Source: Basidiobolus meristosporus CBS 931.73 (lineage: Eukaryota > Fungi > Basidiobolomycota). Taken from it: 64,000 bases of DNA. Location: positions 1 through 64,000 of the forward strand of contig MCFE01000494.1 of assembly GCA_002104905.1 (NCBI GenBank), given 5' to 3'. Both the position numbers and the translations under genes were made by a program. Position 1 is the first letter of the stretch. The number at the start of each line of letters is the position of its first letter. Below the pieces are notes generated by a model. That model saw nothing but the letters and a program-made list of their open reading frames with translations, was not told the DNA's origin and ran no database searches. Shown one piece after another: positions 27,001 to 40,483 of the stretch.

Positions 27001-27507
27001 TACTCGCGGTCTAGTCCCGAGATTGCTGGTCACATGCGAAGACGTACGATCCAAGCCTTACCCTCACACAAAACCCCGTCACTATCCTCGTCGTCAGCCT
27101 TCGATTGCTCTGAAACCGACTCCATCGTCTCGATGCCCGAAGCAGCCAGTGAGAGGATCACTTTTCCAGTGCCGGAGTTCCTGATTCAAAACGGAGCTGA
27201 CGTTAACCTCCAATCGTCCATAAATGGAATGACCGCGCTAAGCTTGATGATGTCCAAGGGGAACTTAGCGGCAGTCAAATACCTGCTGGGAAAAGGAGCG
27301 GATGCTACTGGCGACGGGGCTGAGATCCATCCATCCACGGTAGTAACGAAACTCTCGATCAGCTCCAGAAGTAGCACGAATACCTCGACGCACGCTGCGA
27401 ACAGAACCTTGAGAAGCAGGGCCTCCTCGCCATGCATGAATCCCAACTCCATCCGAATGCCAACCTCGAAGGTGGACAGGCTGAGCGTAGCCAGGTTGTT
27501 CAAGTAA
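24017..27507 (+). CDS. BAR-PH-ArfGAP-ankyrin protein (ACAP/centaurin-beta, Age1-like), multi-exon
   Basis: BAR (DSPLLRYKI...), PH (KEGVLY...RRFCFELVT...YQALSHEDMVDWINVL), ArfGAP CADC...[25 protein letters not shown] across the intron at about 26407-26470, and ankyrin-like repeats. Confidence 0.88.
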
Positions 27508-27632
27508 ACGCCATCCAAGGCAAGTTTTGTAAAGCTTAAATCTTTTTAATACCTTGACAGTTTCATTTATTTAATCCTTAATAATACATTCTGCATTTAA
27601 TTCCCTAATAAACGGCCCATCCATTGTCCATC

Positions 27633-28480
27633 TCATAACTTCCCGGCTTCCTTCAATTTTTGGTACAACAGCAGAGACGATAACGCCTTGACATCGGCAG
27701 TGGTCTTCCACAACTGGTCCAGCTCTACAAGCTTTAGTGTGATGTTTTCCCCCTCATCTCTCAAACCCGTTAATTTTCCCTGCATCTCCTCCAACTTTTC
27801 CGGATCAATATCCTTGATACACAGGAACAATCGAATGAATTCATCGCAGACGCCAGGTGAGGTATAAGCCCCTTGGATCTCTTGATCGGTGTAAGCCAAC
27901 TCGGTCATATCGATCAATTCTTCGTGGTTGATAACCAATCCGGTTTCCTCCTCGAGCTCTCTGGATGCTGTACCAGAGAACTCCCCAGAATCGTCCAACA
28001 TGCCAGCAGGCAGTTCCGTAAATGACAGAGATCCAACAGGTATTCTAGGTTGGACAGTTAGGACCACGTACTCCTTAGGATCGGACGAAGTCGCCTGTTT
28101 TGCTCGCAGTATCAACAGCACGCTAACCGATCCACCTCTCTAGTAAAGTCGACCAAACAGCTGAGTACACGGCACATTTTCCAAGACAGCACACCACACC
28201 ACACCACACTTACCAGCAACACTATCCCAGGCACGCTTTTGCCGGAGGCCTTGAGCTGAGCATTCACTTTCATCTTCACGAAACCGAGCTTGTCCTTGAA
28301 ATAATCCACATCTTGGATGTCAATACTCGAGACCTCAAACTCGTCTTGGTTGGTTTGTTGGTTGAGCCTCTCGCACCAATCCACGAATGGCTTGAAGCGT
28401 TGTACCTCCGATAGGTTCACCCTCGTTGAGCAGGCAGTCAACGGAACCTTCTTGGAGAGCAGATGAACGGTGTCGGGCAT
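27633..28480 (-). CDS. Nudix hydrolase (ADP-sugar pyrophosphatase-like), 2 exons
   Basis: Nudix box ELPAGMLDD...TASRELEEETGL, SPGVCDEFI, VQPRIPVG; intron at about 28214-28141. Confidence 0.88.
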
Positions 28481-28799
28481 TCTCGAATGGTAAAAACTGG
28501 TTTTCGACGGGGTAAATAACACTTGCGCAAACTACAGGACATGCTTAGCAAAGGGAAAGGGTTACCGGGGTAATACGACTGCTAAAGGCCTCTTGCTGAA
28601 GAAAACGGAGCTAACCCTATGGGACATGTTTCCTTCTGGTCGATAAGTACATATGAAACCATTGGAATATTCCAAACGTAATCACTCATGTCAACTATTG
28701 CATAATGAACGATTACCTTGTTATGGATAGCAATGACCCCTAGTCGGGGGAAATGATTAAACCCTGATCATCCATGATTTATCTATAGGGAGCCCGATA

Positions 28800-28927
28800 G
28801 TCCAAGTTATGCTTTGCGAGAGGGAATTAATCCATATCGAAGTATGCATTGTGAAGAGAATCTGATCCACATCGAAGTTATGCACCATGAGGGGAATTTG
28901 GTCAAATAACCCAGCAAGTTACGCAAC
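28800..28927. repeat. Degenerate 35-41 bp repeat x4 (core AAGTTAYGC) in a divergent promoter
   Basis: Cores at 28804, 28840, 28875 and 28916. Units 2 and 3 share ATCCAYATCGAAGT(T)ATGCA. Confidence 0.5.
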
Positions 28928-29466
28928 ATTTAAACAGCCCTTATGGAAGCATGAACCGATGCCCCATATTAGAGGCGATTGAGTGGTGCTTGTACCTTGC
29001 AACTTTAGAAGAATCCTTGTCCCACGCGACACAAACTCAAAATTACCAAGATCCTTCCAAGTTTCTTTTGGAGGATTAATTGGGTGGCTACTTCTGTGGC
29101 TATTTCAGTGAATAGAACCGCATCACCTACGTTCATGCCTAATGTAGCTTAAATTGACGCTCCAATTCAGCAATTTGGATTAGCAAATGATGGCCGAAAT
29201 AGGCCGGGTGCCACTTTAATTGTGGTCAAGTGCGCCCGCAAATCAGCTATTTCTCTCTGACTGGTTCTGGACAGAAATCATTCACTTGGAAAAATTTCTT
29301 GGATCATCAAGGATGTGTGGATCATACGAAGCCCGATCCAACCCCCCAGGCCCAATCAGCGTGCGTGGAGTCGCTCGAAAGCTGAATTGACCTTCTCTGC
29401 ATACATAATAGCGTACTCTCGTTAAGCTTCTGGTTTCCAGTTATCTTTTTCTGACCACCTTCCCCG

Positions 29467-31561
29467 ATGGCTGACGTTTTTCCTACCAGTATTGTTGCAA
29501 ACCCCTACCTCGAAGAGCTTACTGCTAGTATCCGAGGAAAGGCCATCCCGTGGGAGGTAAGGCTTGACCGAGATGCCTCTCTGTTGTTCTTTCCCTGACG
29601 TAACCCCATTTCTTGCTTACCAGGGCTACCACAAGGCTTCCCTGATCACCGAGGACGAGTTGCGCATGCTCAAGCTCTACGAGAGCAGAACCCAGCAAGG
29701 CTCCTCACAATTCCTTGCCCAGGTGCGTATTCGGGAGGCCTTCTATCGGACAGCCACCCTGGTTGGAATCTCGACCACTTACTAACCTCCGGTTGAGCAG
29801 GATGGCAACCTTTTCGCCAAGCTTTTCATCACCCTGTTGGATAAACTGGTTCGCGTGGATACTCTTCAGTACCTCCTTGTTGTCGTTGACGACATACTCG
29901 AAGGTAAGAGACAACCTAGTTTCATGCGCGAGAACCTCTCGTAATAATCCTCCTAACTTTCCCGTTGTCAATTCTGCACAGAAAACAGAGAGCATGCTGC
30001 ACTTTTCCATCAAACCAGCGCCGAGAACCCCAAGTTCCCATATGAGCCCTTCGTCAAGTAAGAGTTCAGTCCATCTGAGCCGTATCTTCGTGGCATGACT
30101 AATCGGGATGTATCAGGTGTTTGTCGAAAGACGACGAGTTCCTCTCCTTGAAGGCCAGCAAAATCCTTTCCTCTTTGATCTGGTAATTCGCCATTATTTG
30201 TAGTCATGTAAGATGGTATCCGGTATTAATGTCAAGGTCCACTGGCAGTACCGACAAGAGCCGTCATCAAGGAGTCGATCTCAGCCAATTCATCAACTGG
30301 ATCGTCACTCAGCTCAGGAGCCAGAACTCCAGCGCTGTTGATATTGCGGTGCAGAACTTGGAGTCGTTGCTCACCGTCTCCGAATGCAGACAGGCTTTCT
30401 ATCAGACCAACGGAGTCTCCATGTATGTGTTTTCCTTCAGTGCATCGATAGTCTGTCGTGGCATCGCGCTAACATGTCGTCGGTAGCTTGATTTCTTTAC
30501 TGAAGAACAGCAATGGTAATCCCCAGGCTCAGTACCAATTGATTTTCTGCTTCTGGCTGCTCTCTTTCGAGAAGAACATTGCAGCGGAGATCAACAGGTG
30601 AGTACGTTCACGCAAACAATGGCACTTAATCACCCAACTCAATGCTCGCTAGCAAATACGATATCATCCCCATCTTCATGGACGTCGCCAAAACTACAGT
30701 CAAGGAGAAGGTTATCCGGGCAGTCATCAGCACATTCAGGGTAATGCCAATCTCGTCCGATGCAGGCTCGTTCTGGCCATGGCCGATTAATCCATCCCAA
30801 CTTGTAGAATCTCATCGAGAAAGCGCCCGAGCAAAATATGGCCGCCATGTTGGTTCACAAGCTGTTGAACTTCGTCGAGAATCTTGCCAGCCGTAAATGG
30901 TCCGATGCCGACGTCCCCGAGGATCTCGAGTTCGTCAAGGTCCAATTGGAGGAGAACTTCCATAGCCTAACGTGAGTGAGAGCCTTTCATCCGTGCCGCA
31001 TTCATTTGACTTACTTCGTTTCATGGTAGCACCTTCGACGAATACGTCAGCGAGCTGGAATCCGGAAAGCTCTCCTGGACCCCGCCCCATCAATCTGAGC
31101 AATTCTGGCAGCAGAACTTCTCTCGCCTGAATGAGAACGATTATTCCCTGTTAAGGTAGTGACCATTTTTGGTTCATCTGAGTTTCGAGAGCGTGCTCCT
31201 AATATATCCCCAATCAGAATGTTGTCCAGATTGCTCAGCACTTCCTCGGATCCTCTTGTTCTTGCTGTCGGCACTCATGATATCGGGCAATATGTCAAGC
31301 ACTACCCGAATGGCAAGAAGTACGTAGAGTTCGGTGGACTTTTGTTACTACTTCTCTACTAACCCACCCCAAGGATTGTCCAAGAAATCGGTGTCAAGCA
31401 GCGTATCATGGAGCTCATGACCCATGAAAATCCCGATGTGAGATACCAGGCGTTGTTGGCGGTGCAGAAGTTGATGGTCAACGCATGGTAAGTCTATCCA
31501 CTCACTAGCCACCACCCAGCCAGACTCACCTTACACACGCAATTTCACTAGGGATGCTTAA
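29467..31561 (+). CDS. VMA13: V-type ATPase subunit H, about 12 introns
   Basis: [98 protein letters not shown]. Confidence 0.93.
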
Positions 31562-31831
31562 TTGATACCAGACATAGAGTTCAGCTCTTCCCAGCATTTT
31601 GATGTCATCCAGCACTCTTGATCACAGGAATCTCTGATGGTCCTTTCTTTTATACATCGTATCTACATCCACATTCATACTCCCTTGCTCTCTAATCATA
31701 TCTCAACCTATCTCGCCTGGGTGGTTGCTCATCGTCCGACCCGGTTTCCCCCCTCCCCTCCCCAACATCTAATAAACAACTTTCTTTGATCCATGGACAT
31801 GAGGGAGATAAGGATATATGTGTATTTCAAG

Positions 31832-33384
31832 TCAGATGCCAAAATAATAACACAACATTGGGCTACCTAGCGTGGCCCACCAGCCTATCCCGGTGTACAC
31901 CACCAGTTTCGTGAGGGTCTCCAGGTCGTAGCGAGGCAAGATGGAGTAGACTTCGTTCCGGAAGTCCACCAGCTCCCTTTCGAACTGGCAGACATGGTCC
32001 TCCCGAGTTCTGGGGGCCTGTTCCTGGTTCAGGCCAAGCGCGCCTCGTTTGACCTTGAGCTTGGGGTCGGTGCCAGTATCAAGGTTGATCACAGATGGGA
32101 TCATCGAGATCGGGGTGTGATTCAATGTCTGGTACTTCTTGGATGGCTTGTGAAGCCTCTTCGCCGGTAAGCCGAGCAGCTTGTATACCCTGGGCAGCGT
32201 CAGGTGACACAGCCTTTTGGACATCAACCTCCAAACGATGATCATCACGAAGCTGACCAACACTCTCATCACGCTGCGAGTCAACCCCACCCGGGCAAAG
32301 CTATACTGGAGTGTTGCTTGGATCGGCTCGGTCCAGAAACTGGATCCGTTGGTCCCTTGCCATGAGCCGAGATACGCGCCGATGATCGCACCCAGGGAGG
32401 CGACACTGTCCTCGAAGCACGGACATGCGTTCAAGGGATCCGGCTGGACATGAATGATGAGGACCAAGGCAGAGATGAGCCCGATCAATGCGAACACGCT
32501 CGGGTACAGGATGGTCGCCTCCACCACGGGCTGTCCGACATGGAAAATGGCCCAAAGAAGTATTCCGAAAAACGCGCCTCCGAGGACGTCGGTGATGCTG
32601 TGCATGCCGCAGTAGATCCTACCGAACGAAACGGAGAACATGTAGAAAAACGATGCCAAGCCAAGGAATAGCTTTGTGTGGGTTCCAAGGGCTTCAGATT
32701 TGTAGATGTAGGACAGACAGCTAAGCCCAACCCCTACACAGCAACTGGTGTGTGTGGATGGAAATCCGTACTCGAGGTGGTGACTCTTGTTGATTGACAG
32801 GCGGTGTACGGGTGGAGAGGGTGGCCGTGGTAAACACAGATAGTCCTGCAACAGAAACTCGGTCAGTTATGGCGATACAAGAGCATGCCATACCGTAGAC
32901 GGCCCTACCTTGGCAATACATGTTACCACGACTCCGTACAACAGCAGGTTGACCATTCTGTTCGGAAAAGGGTGGTTTAGTTTGGTAAGAAGCGGGAACT
33001 CTATTGGTCCAGAGACACACATACTCTCGAGCTAGAACAGGAATCCCGAACATGAAGAGGTGCGGTAGGATAAGGAGGAACGTCACATGATTGCCCAACA
33101 CTGCAGAGGAAATAAAATACTGATCAAGGAAGGGGTGCCTCAGGAAAGTCTGGTTGTATTCAACGCGAACGGGTTAGTCCTGTTTTGGCAATACGGCGGC
33201 AAGTTGGGTTTACCTGGATCCGGGCAAGGAGGAGGCTTTCCGAATGAACGAACTCCAGAAATCTCTTCCGCACCCTTGATCTTCTGGGAGACAGCAGGTT
33301 TTCGTAGAGATGCTCGGGGAAAACGATCCTCGACACGTCAAAATCAGCCTCCCCTATATCAAATTTATCTTTCTTGGAAACCAT
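31832..33384 (-). CDS. LCB3: Sphingoid long-chain base-1-phosphate phosphatase (PAP2 family), 3 exons
   Basis: KDYLCLPRP, EYGFPSTH and GRIYCGMHSITDV catalytic motifs; multiple TMs; ATG at 33384. Confidence 0.88.
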
Positions 33385-33802
33385 GGAGCAACTTGGAGAA
33401 CAACGTCAACACGCTTGGAAAGGCTGGTGGTCAAGTCTAGCTCCGAGGTCTAGCTATCCAGCGTATTGGCAGTATAAATACCTGCTTTTGCCATATCTAT
33501 ACAAATCATGGATACGGCCTTGTTTATCGGTATTGATGGTCAATTCGTTGACCGCTTATCACCGATACTATCTGAGGCTAGCTTGTAAATAAACATCCCA
33601 TTGGACCATTCTGAAATCTGGACTTGGGCCGGTTACCATCAAATCCCCAGCTTGAAAAATCACATAGCCAGAACAACCGCAGAACAATCGCAGTGCAAAC
33701 CTCGACTTGAAAAATTACAGAACCAGAACGGGGTTTATTGATATTCATATACTCAAGAAATGATAAGTAGTTAAAAAAGCTGGCTTGATCTGCGGTCCGG
33801 GT

Positions 33803-35637
33803 TTATCGGGATCTTCCACGTTGTGACGTGTATCCTTCGTGGCCATCATCCTGAGCACGACGTTTGGTGCCCGCCGAGCCATTGGAGCTCTCGTCATTCA
33901 TACCGCCACCGTACCCGCCTTGCTCGAAGAACGCAGGGTTGATGTGGGGCGCCGGGAATCCTAGAAATGGGAAAACATGGGCTTTAGCCTGGCTGTCCCG
34001 AAGCGTCAAGCTCTACGGTGCTATCCTACCATAGCCTGCACCCCCCGACATACCATAGTTCTCGTCCATCATTGGATAACCTCCATGCATCGGTCCTCCA
34101 CGACCGGCTCCCATAAAGCCGCCTCGCATCATGTTTCCGCGTCCGCGCATCATACCTCCCCTTTGAGACATCCCCCATGGGTCGAAGCCATCGCCATATC
34201 CGCCACCCATACCGTAGCCTCGATTGCCGCCGGGAAAGCCGCCCATCTGAGCCATGGGGTTGGGGAAGAAGTCTCTGTTAGGTGGTGCAGAAGGTCTGAA
34301 CCCTCCGGCACCGAAGTTTGCCCTGTTGGGTTGTCCTCGACCTGGACCATGCATAGCGTTCCCTCGAGTAGGGCCAGCACCGCGTCCAGCACGTGGCGGG
34401 GGCTCTGTTGCCGTGAGTTAGAGCGAGTTAGGAATGCTGGAGAAATCCGAGAAACTACGCACCTTTGGGAAGGATCTTGAAGGGGTTTCCGGTCCCGGGG
34501 TTCGCGAAATTCACAGTACATCTTTTCCCATCTATATCACTGAGAAGCAACACGAGTCGAGTTAGTTCGTGGCGCATCTAGGGAGAACAAAGGGGCGGGG
34601 AGTACGTTGTTTCAAAACACTCTTTCGCAGCCTTGGCGACGTCGACGTCCGAGAATTCCAAGTATATTACGCTGGTGGGAGTCCAGGTTAGGCCCGTGGT
34701 TGGAGGATACTCGTTCACTGCAGATGTCTTACCCCTTGGACTTTCCATTGACCTTGTGCTCTTGGAAGGTGATCTCCTTGAGTTGGGAATGCTCGATGGA
34801 CTTGCCAAGGACACTTCTAATATCTTCCTCGCCGACCCACTGCCGAAAGTTAGCTCAAGTGGTCACCCAAGACAAGCGCAGCGAACTTACCCAGTTTAGC
34901 TCACCAATGATCAAGGCACTGCTGGCATTGGACCTGGCGGAATGGAAGTTGTGGTGGTCCTCCTTGTTCCTTGGCATGCTGTGCCTGTCGGAGTGATCGT
35001 GTCCTAAATGTCAAGTCAGCATCCACAGTGATCCAAGTGCAGAAAAGAAATATACCTGAGCGTTCATGGCTGTCATGCTCGTAATGGCTGTGTACTTCGT
35101 GATTGTCCCCTGATTGCTTATCCTGATATTCCACATGCCACCAAATATCAAGCGAATACGATGATTAGGGTCGATCTTTTTTATTTTCAAGCCCTGAAAA
35201 ATAAGGTACAGTCGTCTGTCTCTTTAATTTCTTATGGTACAGTTGGGCACAGGCTTGAAGATTAAGACAACAATGATTCTATTGTACACAGGATGACACG
35301 CATGTTTCGTTGCTGATGTAAGAGTACCTTATTTTTCAAGGGATATCACGAAATAAACCACAAACCTTATCATGGGGGGTCGAGTCTTGTTCAGGCTCCT
35401 TTTTCACGTCGGGGTTGCTTGACGTTGGCTCTTTCTTGGGCTTCATCGTATGACTGTCCTCGCCCAAGATCTCGCTGTATAGATCTTCGTGCTAGTGGGG
35501 AAGAGGGAAGCGGTCAGTCCTCTGGAAGGGTTTGTGAAGCTTTCAACCAAGGCCAAACTATACTTACGCCCGGATCGTCAAACTCGTTCTGGCCGAAATC
35601 ATCGCCATAGATATCGAAGGTTTCTTCGTCGGCCATG
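33803..35637 (-). CDS. CPSF6: CPSF6/CPSF7 (CFIm 68/59 kDa)-like RRM protein, multi-exon
   Basis: N-terminal FDIYGDD; [20 protein letters not shown]...[15 protein letters not shown]; Gly/Met/Arg-rich low-complexity region; [10 protein letters not shown] motif near the C-terminus. Confidence 0.75.
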
Positions 35638-36436
35638 TTTTATATGAATAGGAAGGGTGGTGGGAACTCTCGGGACTTGAAAGAATTCGGGTGGAGGGAG
35701 AACAGTCCTACACAATCAGGAGAAGGGGTTTAACGACGCTGTCAGGAAGGGAGAAAAGGCAGCCACTGGTGTAGCAAGGTTGATCCAACTGGTTCGGTTT
35801 ATATCCACAACAATTCCCCTTGCTGCTAGATTTATTTCCAACTCGCTGTTCAGGCCCAACACTGATGTACAAAAAAGCGAAAGGGCTTGCTCCAAACAAA
35901 CACCGTGTTGCAGCTCACTCTCAGATACAGGGTGCAAGAAAAGGAAAAATACCTAAGCGCTTCTGATGTGGTCACCTCAGACTCTGGAAGGGTGTGGGTT
36001 ACAATTGAGTTAGACAAACAACAAACTACAAAGTGCTTTTGGTGCTTGGAAGGGAGAATACAAGAATTCTTTGGAACTGGAGAAAGTAGAGAATAGATAT
36101 GGCTCGTGGACCACACCAACAACTTTATGGTCAGAATTTTCCACCAACTGTCAGTCACATGATCGGATCGAAATCATACTTGCCAAGTGATGTAGCATTG
36201 AATGTGATTCATCCATCCCGCTGATGGCTCATATCATCACGCAACTTTTGACTTCAGTCGGAAGGACCTCGCACACTTAACACGCACACTTAACACAAGT
36301 CTAGTCTCCAGTGAGTGGTTCAGTTTCGTTTGGTGAGAGAATGAAATTAACAACCTATGTAGTGTGGAGACATGGGTTACCTCGAGTACAACGGCGGACC
36401 GCTAGTGTCATATTTCTAGCAGCACGTCATTTCCAT

Positions 36437-39400
36437 GAGTCTCCTAGAGCCCAATTCTTATTTGGGGTCAAGAAGTTCTTCAATCGGTAGGTCCCTGTTC
36501 AGTCCTTCTCTTCTGCCCACTTGATGGCTCCGCGAACCCCCCTAAACCGGGCCTTCCTCGCATAGCAACTGTCAGATACCTACCACCAAAAAGGTCGAGA
36601 ACACCGCGGTTTACTTTGGCAGGGTCCGGAAGGATGAATACAAATGGATGGAGGATGGAGAGATAACTGTAGATATTTCCGATTCTTATCTTTAATGGCG
36701 AGAGTCTGCGTATTAACTGCTTGTGTCGCTACTGCGCATAGAATATAATAGAGTATCTGAATGCCGAGCGTCAGTAAGTGGTCAACATCGCCTTTACTTC
36801 GGTCGGCAGGACGTTAAAGTGGTTGTTGATGTGTAGATATACGAACTGCTATATGAAGGACACTAAGGGCTTACAACGGTCACTTGTCAATGTGAGTATT
36901 CCCTCACTGGGTGCTCTTGGAGATACCAGATTCTCAAACTTCAACCGATAGGAAATGCGCCGCAAGTGCGTGGTGAATCAAGTGCTGCCTTCGCTAACGA
37001 CCCGAATCCAAGAATACGAATATTACACCGAGGCCACAGCCAGCGGGCCGATGTATTATAGGAGGCAATTAGGACAGGTAGAGTTTACATGGCCAGGGTC
37101 ATATCCGGTTTGACAGTGAGTAATGGATCATTGTTGATGCCAGGGCAAAGCACAGCTTTTGCTGGATTCTGGTGAGCTTGCCAAAGATGGGATGTCGGTT
37201 AGGAAGGTGGGCCCGTCTCCAGAGCACAAACGGTTCGCGTATTTGGTGGAGCAGAATGGGATGGAGTATGGGACTCTATACATCAGCGACTTGGGACGTG
37301 ACCCCTCACCCGCGGTAAGTTGATTCTGACTCGTGTGGCATGAAACCGCGCCTAACGTTGGAATATTTCTAGGACGTCATCGAAAACGTGTTTAATTTTG
37401 CATGGTCTGGAGATGAGCGGACCGTATACTACACCAAACCGGATGACCAGCTCCGCCCGTTCCAGGTAACAAGATTAGGCTCTTCGATGCAGCTGGTCAC
37501 TGCTGACGCCCATTTTAGGTCTTTGCGCACCAAATAGGCAGAGCGCAGGAAGACGACCTTCTGGTCTACCAAGAGGACGACAGTAACTATTTCCTCGATG
37601 TGTCAGTGACCAAGGATCATGTAAGTGGTGGAGTGTGGCGGTGTTTGTTATTCTTTCTCACACCATTGTAGCAATATGTCACCATCAATGCAAACTCTTT
37701 AGGTGGAATATCCGAAGTAATGTTGGTAGACGCATTCCACGATTTCGAACGTTTCCCTAAGCCGAAGCTTCAGATCGTGGAGCCTCGTTCCACCGGAATC
37801 GAGTACTACGTAGATCACCATGAGGTGGGAGATGAGCAGCTCTAGGTGGATTGTCTGTGTTCACTGACGCCAATCTTTCTACAGAATCAATTCTTCATAG
37901 TAACCAACGCAGACGATGCCGTCAATTTCAAGGTGGTTCGAGCTCCGAATGATCGTCCGAACAAGAAATATTGGCGTGACCTGATCAGCATCCAGCCAGA
38001 TGAGAAGATTGACGATGTGGATATCTTCAAGGTAGAGGCGATTGCCACATCCCGTATCATCCACACCCCGTATCACCCGCGATCTAACGTGACCTTAGAA
38101 CTTCATCGTCATTTATGGAAAACGCCAAGGGCTTTCATTCATCAAGTCTCATGATCTGAGCACCAACACCTTTCACGAAATACCGTTGCCTGAAGAAATA
38201 TGTGTAGCTAGTCCAGGGTCCAATGTGGTGAGTATTCAGAGCGCTTCGCTGCCAACTCGCTGCTCATCTGTTGCATCCAAAGGAATACGAAACGAACGTG
38301 GTTCAGGTTTACGTGCTACTCCCCATTTTCCCACGAAGCCACCTACGATTACGACATGAAGACGCACAAATTCACCTATAGTAGAATTGAAGACATATAC
38401 AGTACGTGCACGTTGTTTTCTGTCGAGCCGATGCCAAGCCCTCTAACATGACTCTTTCTGAAGATTTCAACCGAAACCATTTTACATGCACTCGGACCCA
38501 TGCCACCTCTGCTGATGGGAAAAAAATCCCCATCACTCTGATTTCCAAGAAGGGGCTCAAAAGGGATGGCAGGTAATGCTTCTTGGTACATGTGCCTCGA
38601 GCAAAGGCTTTCTTACAAAATGTTCTATGGTAGGAACCCGGTACAGTTACACGTTTATGGCGCTTATGGGGCCAATTTAGAGCCAGTGTTTAGGATCGAA
38701 ACATTCCCATTGTTGGATCGCGGCTGGATCATTGGACTAGCCCACGTTCGGTGAGTTCAGTGTCTGTGGTTTGTGTTCAAGCAACTGGTGGTTGACCGGC
38801 ATGTGTAAAAATAGCGGTGGAGGCGAGCTAGGACGCAACTGGTATGAAGATGGCAAGTTGATGCGAAAGCACAACTCCTTCAACGACTTCGTAGCTGCTA
38901 CCGAACATCTGATCCATGAGGGCTACACGTCGCCAAAATTAATGACTGCAATTGCTGCCAGTGCCGGTGGCTTAGTATTAGGTTGGTGTTCCCAGACATC
39001 CCTTCACTGTATTCAACGTTAACATTGCATACTGCGCTTGTGTAGGGACCGTACTAAATAGACGGCCAGGTAAGCGCGACCCATCCTTCAGATCCGAATT
39101 GCACTCCCACTTACTGAGCATCTTCCCTTTCAACAGATCTTTTCAGAGCCATGATTCTCCGCGTGCCCTTCGTAGACCCACTTTCTTGTATGCTGAACCC
39201 CAACCTCCCTCTTACCCAGGTTGAGTATACTGAGTGGGGAAATCCGCTAGAGACCGCGAGAGTGTATCAATACTTGTCCGATTATGCTCCCTACGATAAC
39301 ATCCCTGTAGAATCGCCACAGCTCTCCGACATGCCAGCCATCTTAGTTACTACTGGACTACGAGACCAAAGGGTGCCCCCATGGCAGCCTTTGAAGTGGA

Positions 39401-39576
39401 CAGCACGGCTGAGATCCAGGATACCCAAGTTCTACGATAATCCAGAGGCTCGATCAAGCCTGTTATTAAAGGCTGAGGATGGCGGACACTTTGGTGCGTC
39501 AAATGATCAACAGAGTAGAATTGAAGAACTCGCATTTGAACTCGCCTTTTTGTTGAAGCATACAAAAAATAAATGA
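36437..39576 (+). CDS. Prolyl oligopeptidase family S9A (oligopeptidase B/PREPL-like), many introns; start uncertain
   Basis: RKDEYKWMED, YYVDHH, VYGAYG, GGGELGRNWY, KHNSFNDF; catalytic ASAGG (Ser), LRDQRV (Asp), GGHFG (His). Confidence 0.85.
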
Positions 39577-39582
39577 GATATA

Positions 39583-39602
39583 CCCTAACCCTAACCCTAA
39601 CC
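39583..39602. promoter_or_regulatory. Interstitial telomeric tract (CCCTAA)3CC directly upstream of a TATATAAA box
   Basis: Sequence CCCTAACCCTAACCCTAACC followed by TATATAAA, about 75 bp before the PTS ATG. Confidence 0.6.
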
Positions 39603-39675
39603 TATATAAAATGAGCTAGAGTTGTGACTTTGATTTGAGCCAGAGACTGTATTCCCCCCCCCTTTAATACGAACA

Positions 39676-40343
39676 ATGGTTACAGCATACGTTTGCCGAA
39701 CAGTATCCTTTTCTGCCGCCCATAGGCTTCACTCTCGCCACTTTACCGCAGAAGAGAATCAGGTGATTTATGGGAAATGCAATAACCCCAACGGGCACGG
39801 CCACAATTATAAAGGTAACACGCCACCACCCATACGTACCTTCCAAAGCCTAGTTACTCACTCACCTTGCTGGAGTTGATAGTGAAGGTCACAGTCAAAG
39901 GCGAGGTAGGCTGTCTAGTCTCTCCCAACCGAAGCCACTTTTGCTCACTTACCCTTCCAGATAGACCCGACTACTGGCATGGTAATAAACCTCACGGACC
40001 TGAAAAAAGCCATGAACCTTGTCATAATAGACGCACTGGATCACCGAAATTTGGTAGGAGTGACCGGGTGCTCATATATCGCCACTGCTTCTGACGGGCA
40101 ATTATCTCCTGCAGGATATGGACGTGCACTACTTTAAGGACAAGCCAAGGTAAGTCGAAACAAGAGTTACGCTTGACAAACGCCACACTGACCATTGCCC
40201 CCCCCCCGATAAGCACCACGGAAAACCTGGCGGTTTTGATTTGGAAGAGTATGCAAGAGCAGCTCCAGAGCGGTCAGCTGTACGAGGTGCACATCCAAGA
40301 AACGGAAAATAACACCATCGTGTTTAGGGGGGAAGGCCTATAG
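39676..40343 (+). CDS. PTS: 6-pyruvoyl-tetrahydropterin synthase (eukaryotic PTPS), multi-exon
   Basis: [57 protein letters not shown]. Confidence 0.93.
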
Positions 40344-40483
40344 ACTCGGATTATCTAGCCATTTCCTCGCCAACAGCTTGTTAGGAATAAGAATCGTATA
40401 AAAACCACCAAAGTAGTGTGTAATTGGATTTTATTTGTATGGATTAACAATGAGATGATTGTATAATGTATATGTTAGATAAA

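Noticed and set aside
9845-31561. Membrane-trafficking gene cluster (two ArfGAPs, SNARE, tetraspanin, V-ATPase H)
   Set aside because: These are common housekeeping classes interspersed with unrelated genes; no evidence of co-regulation.
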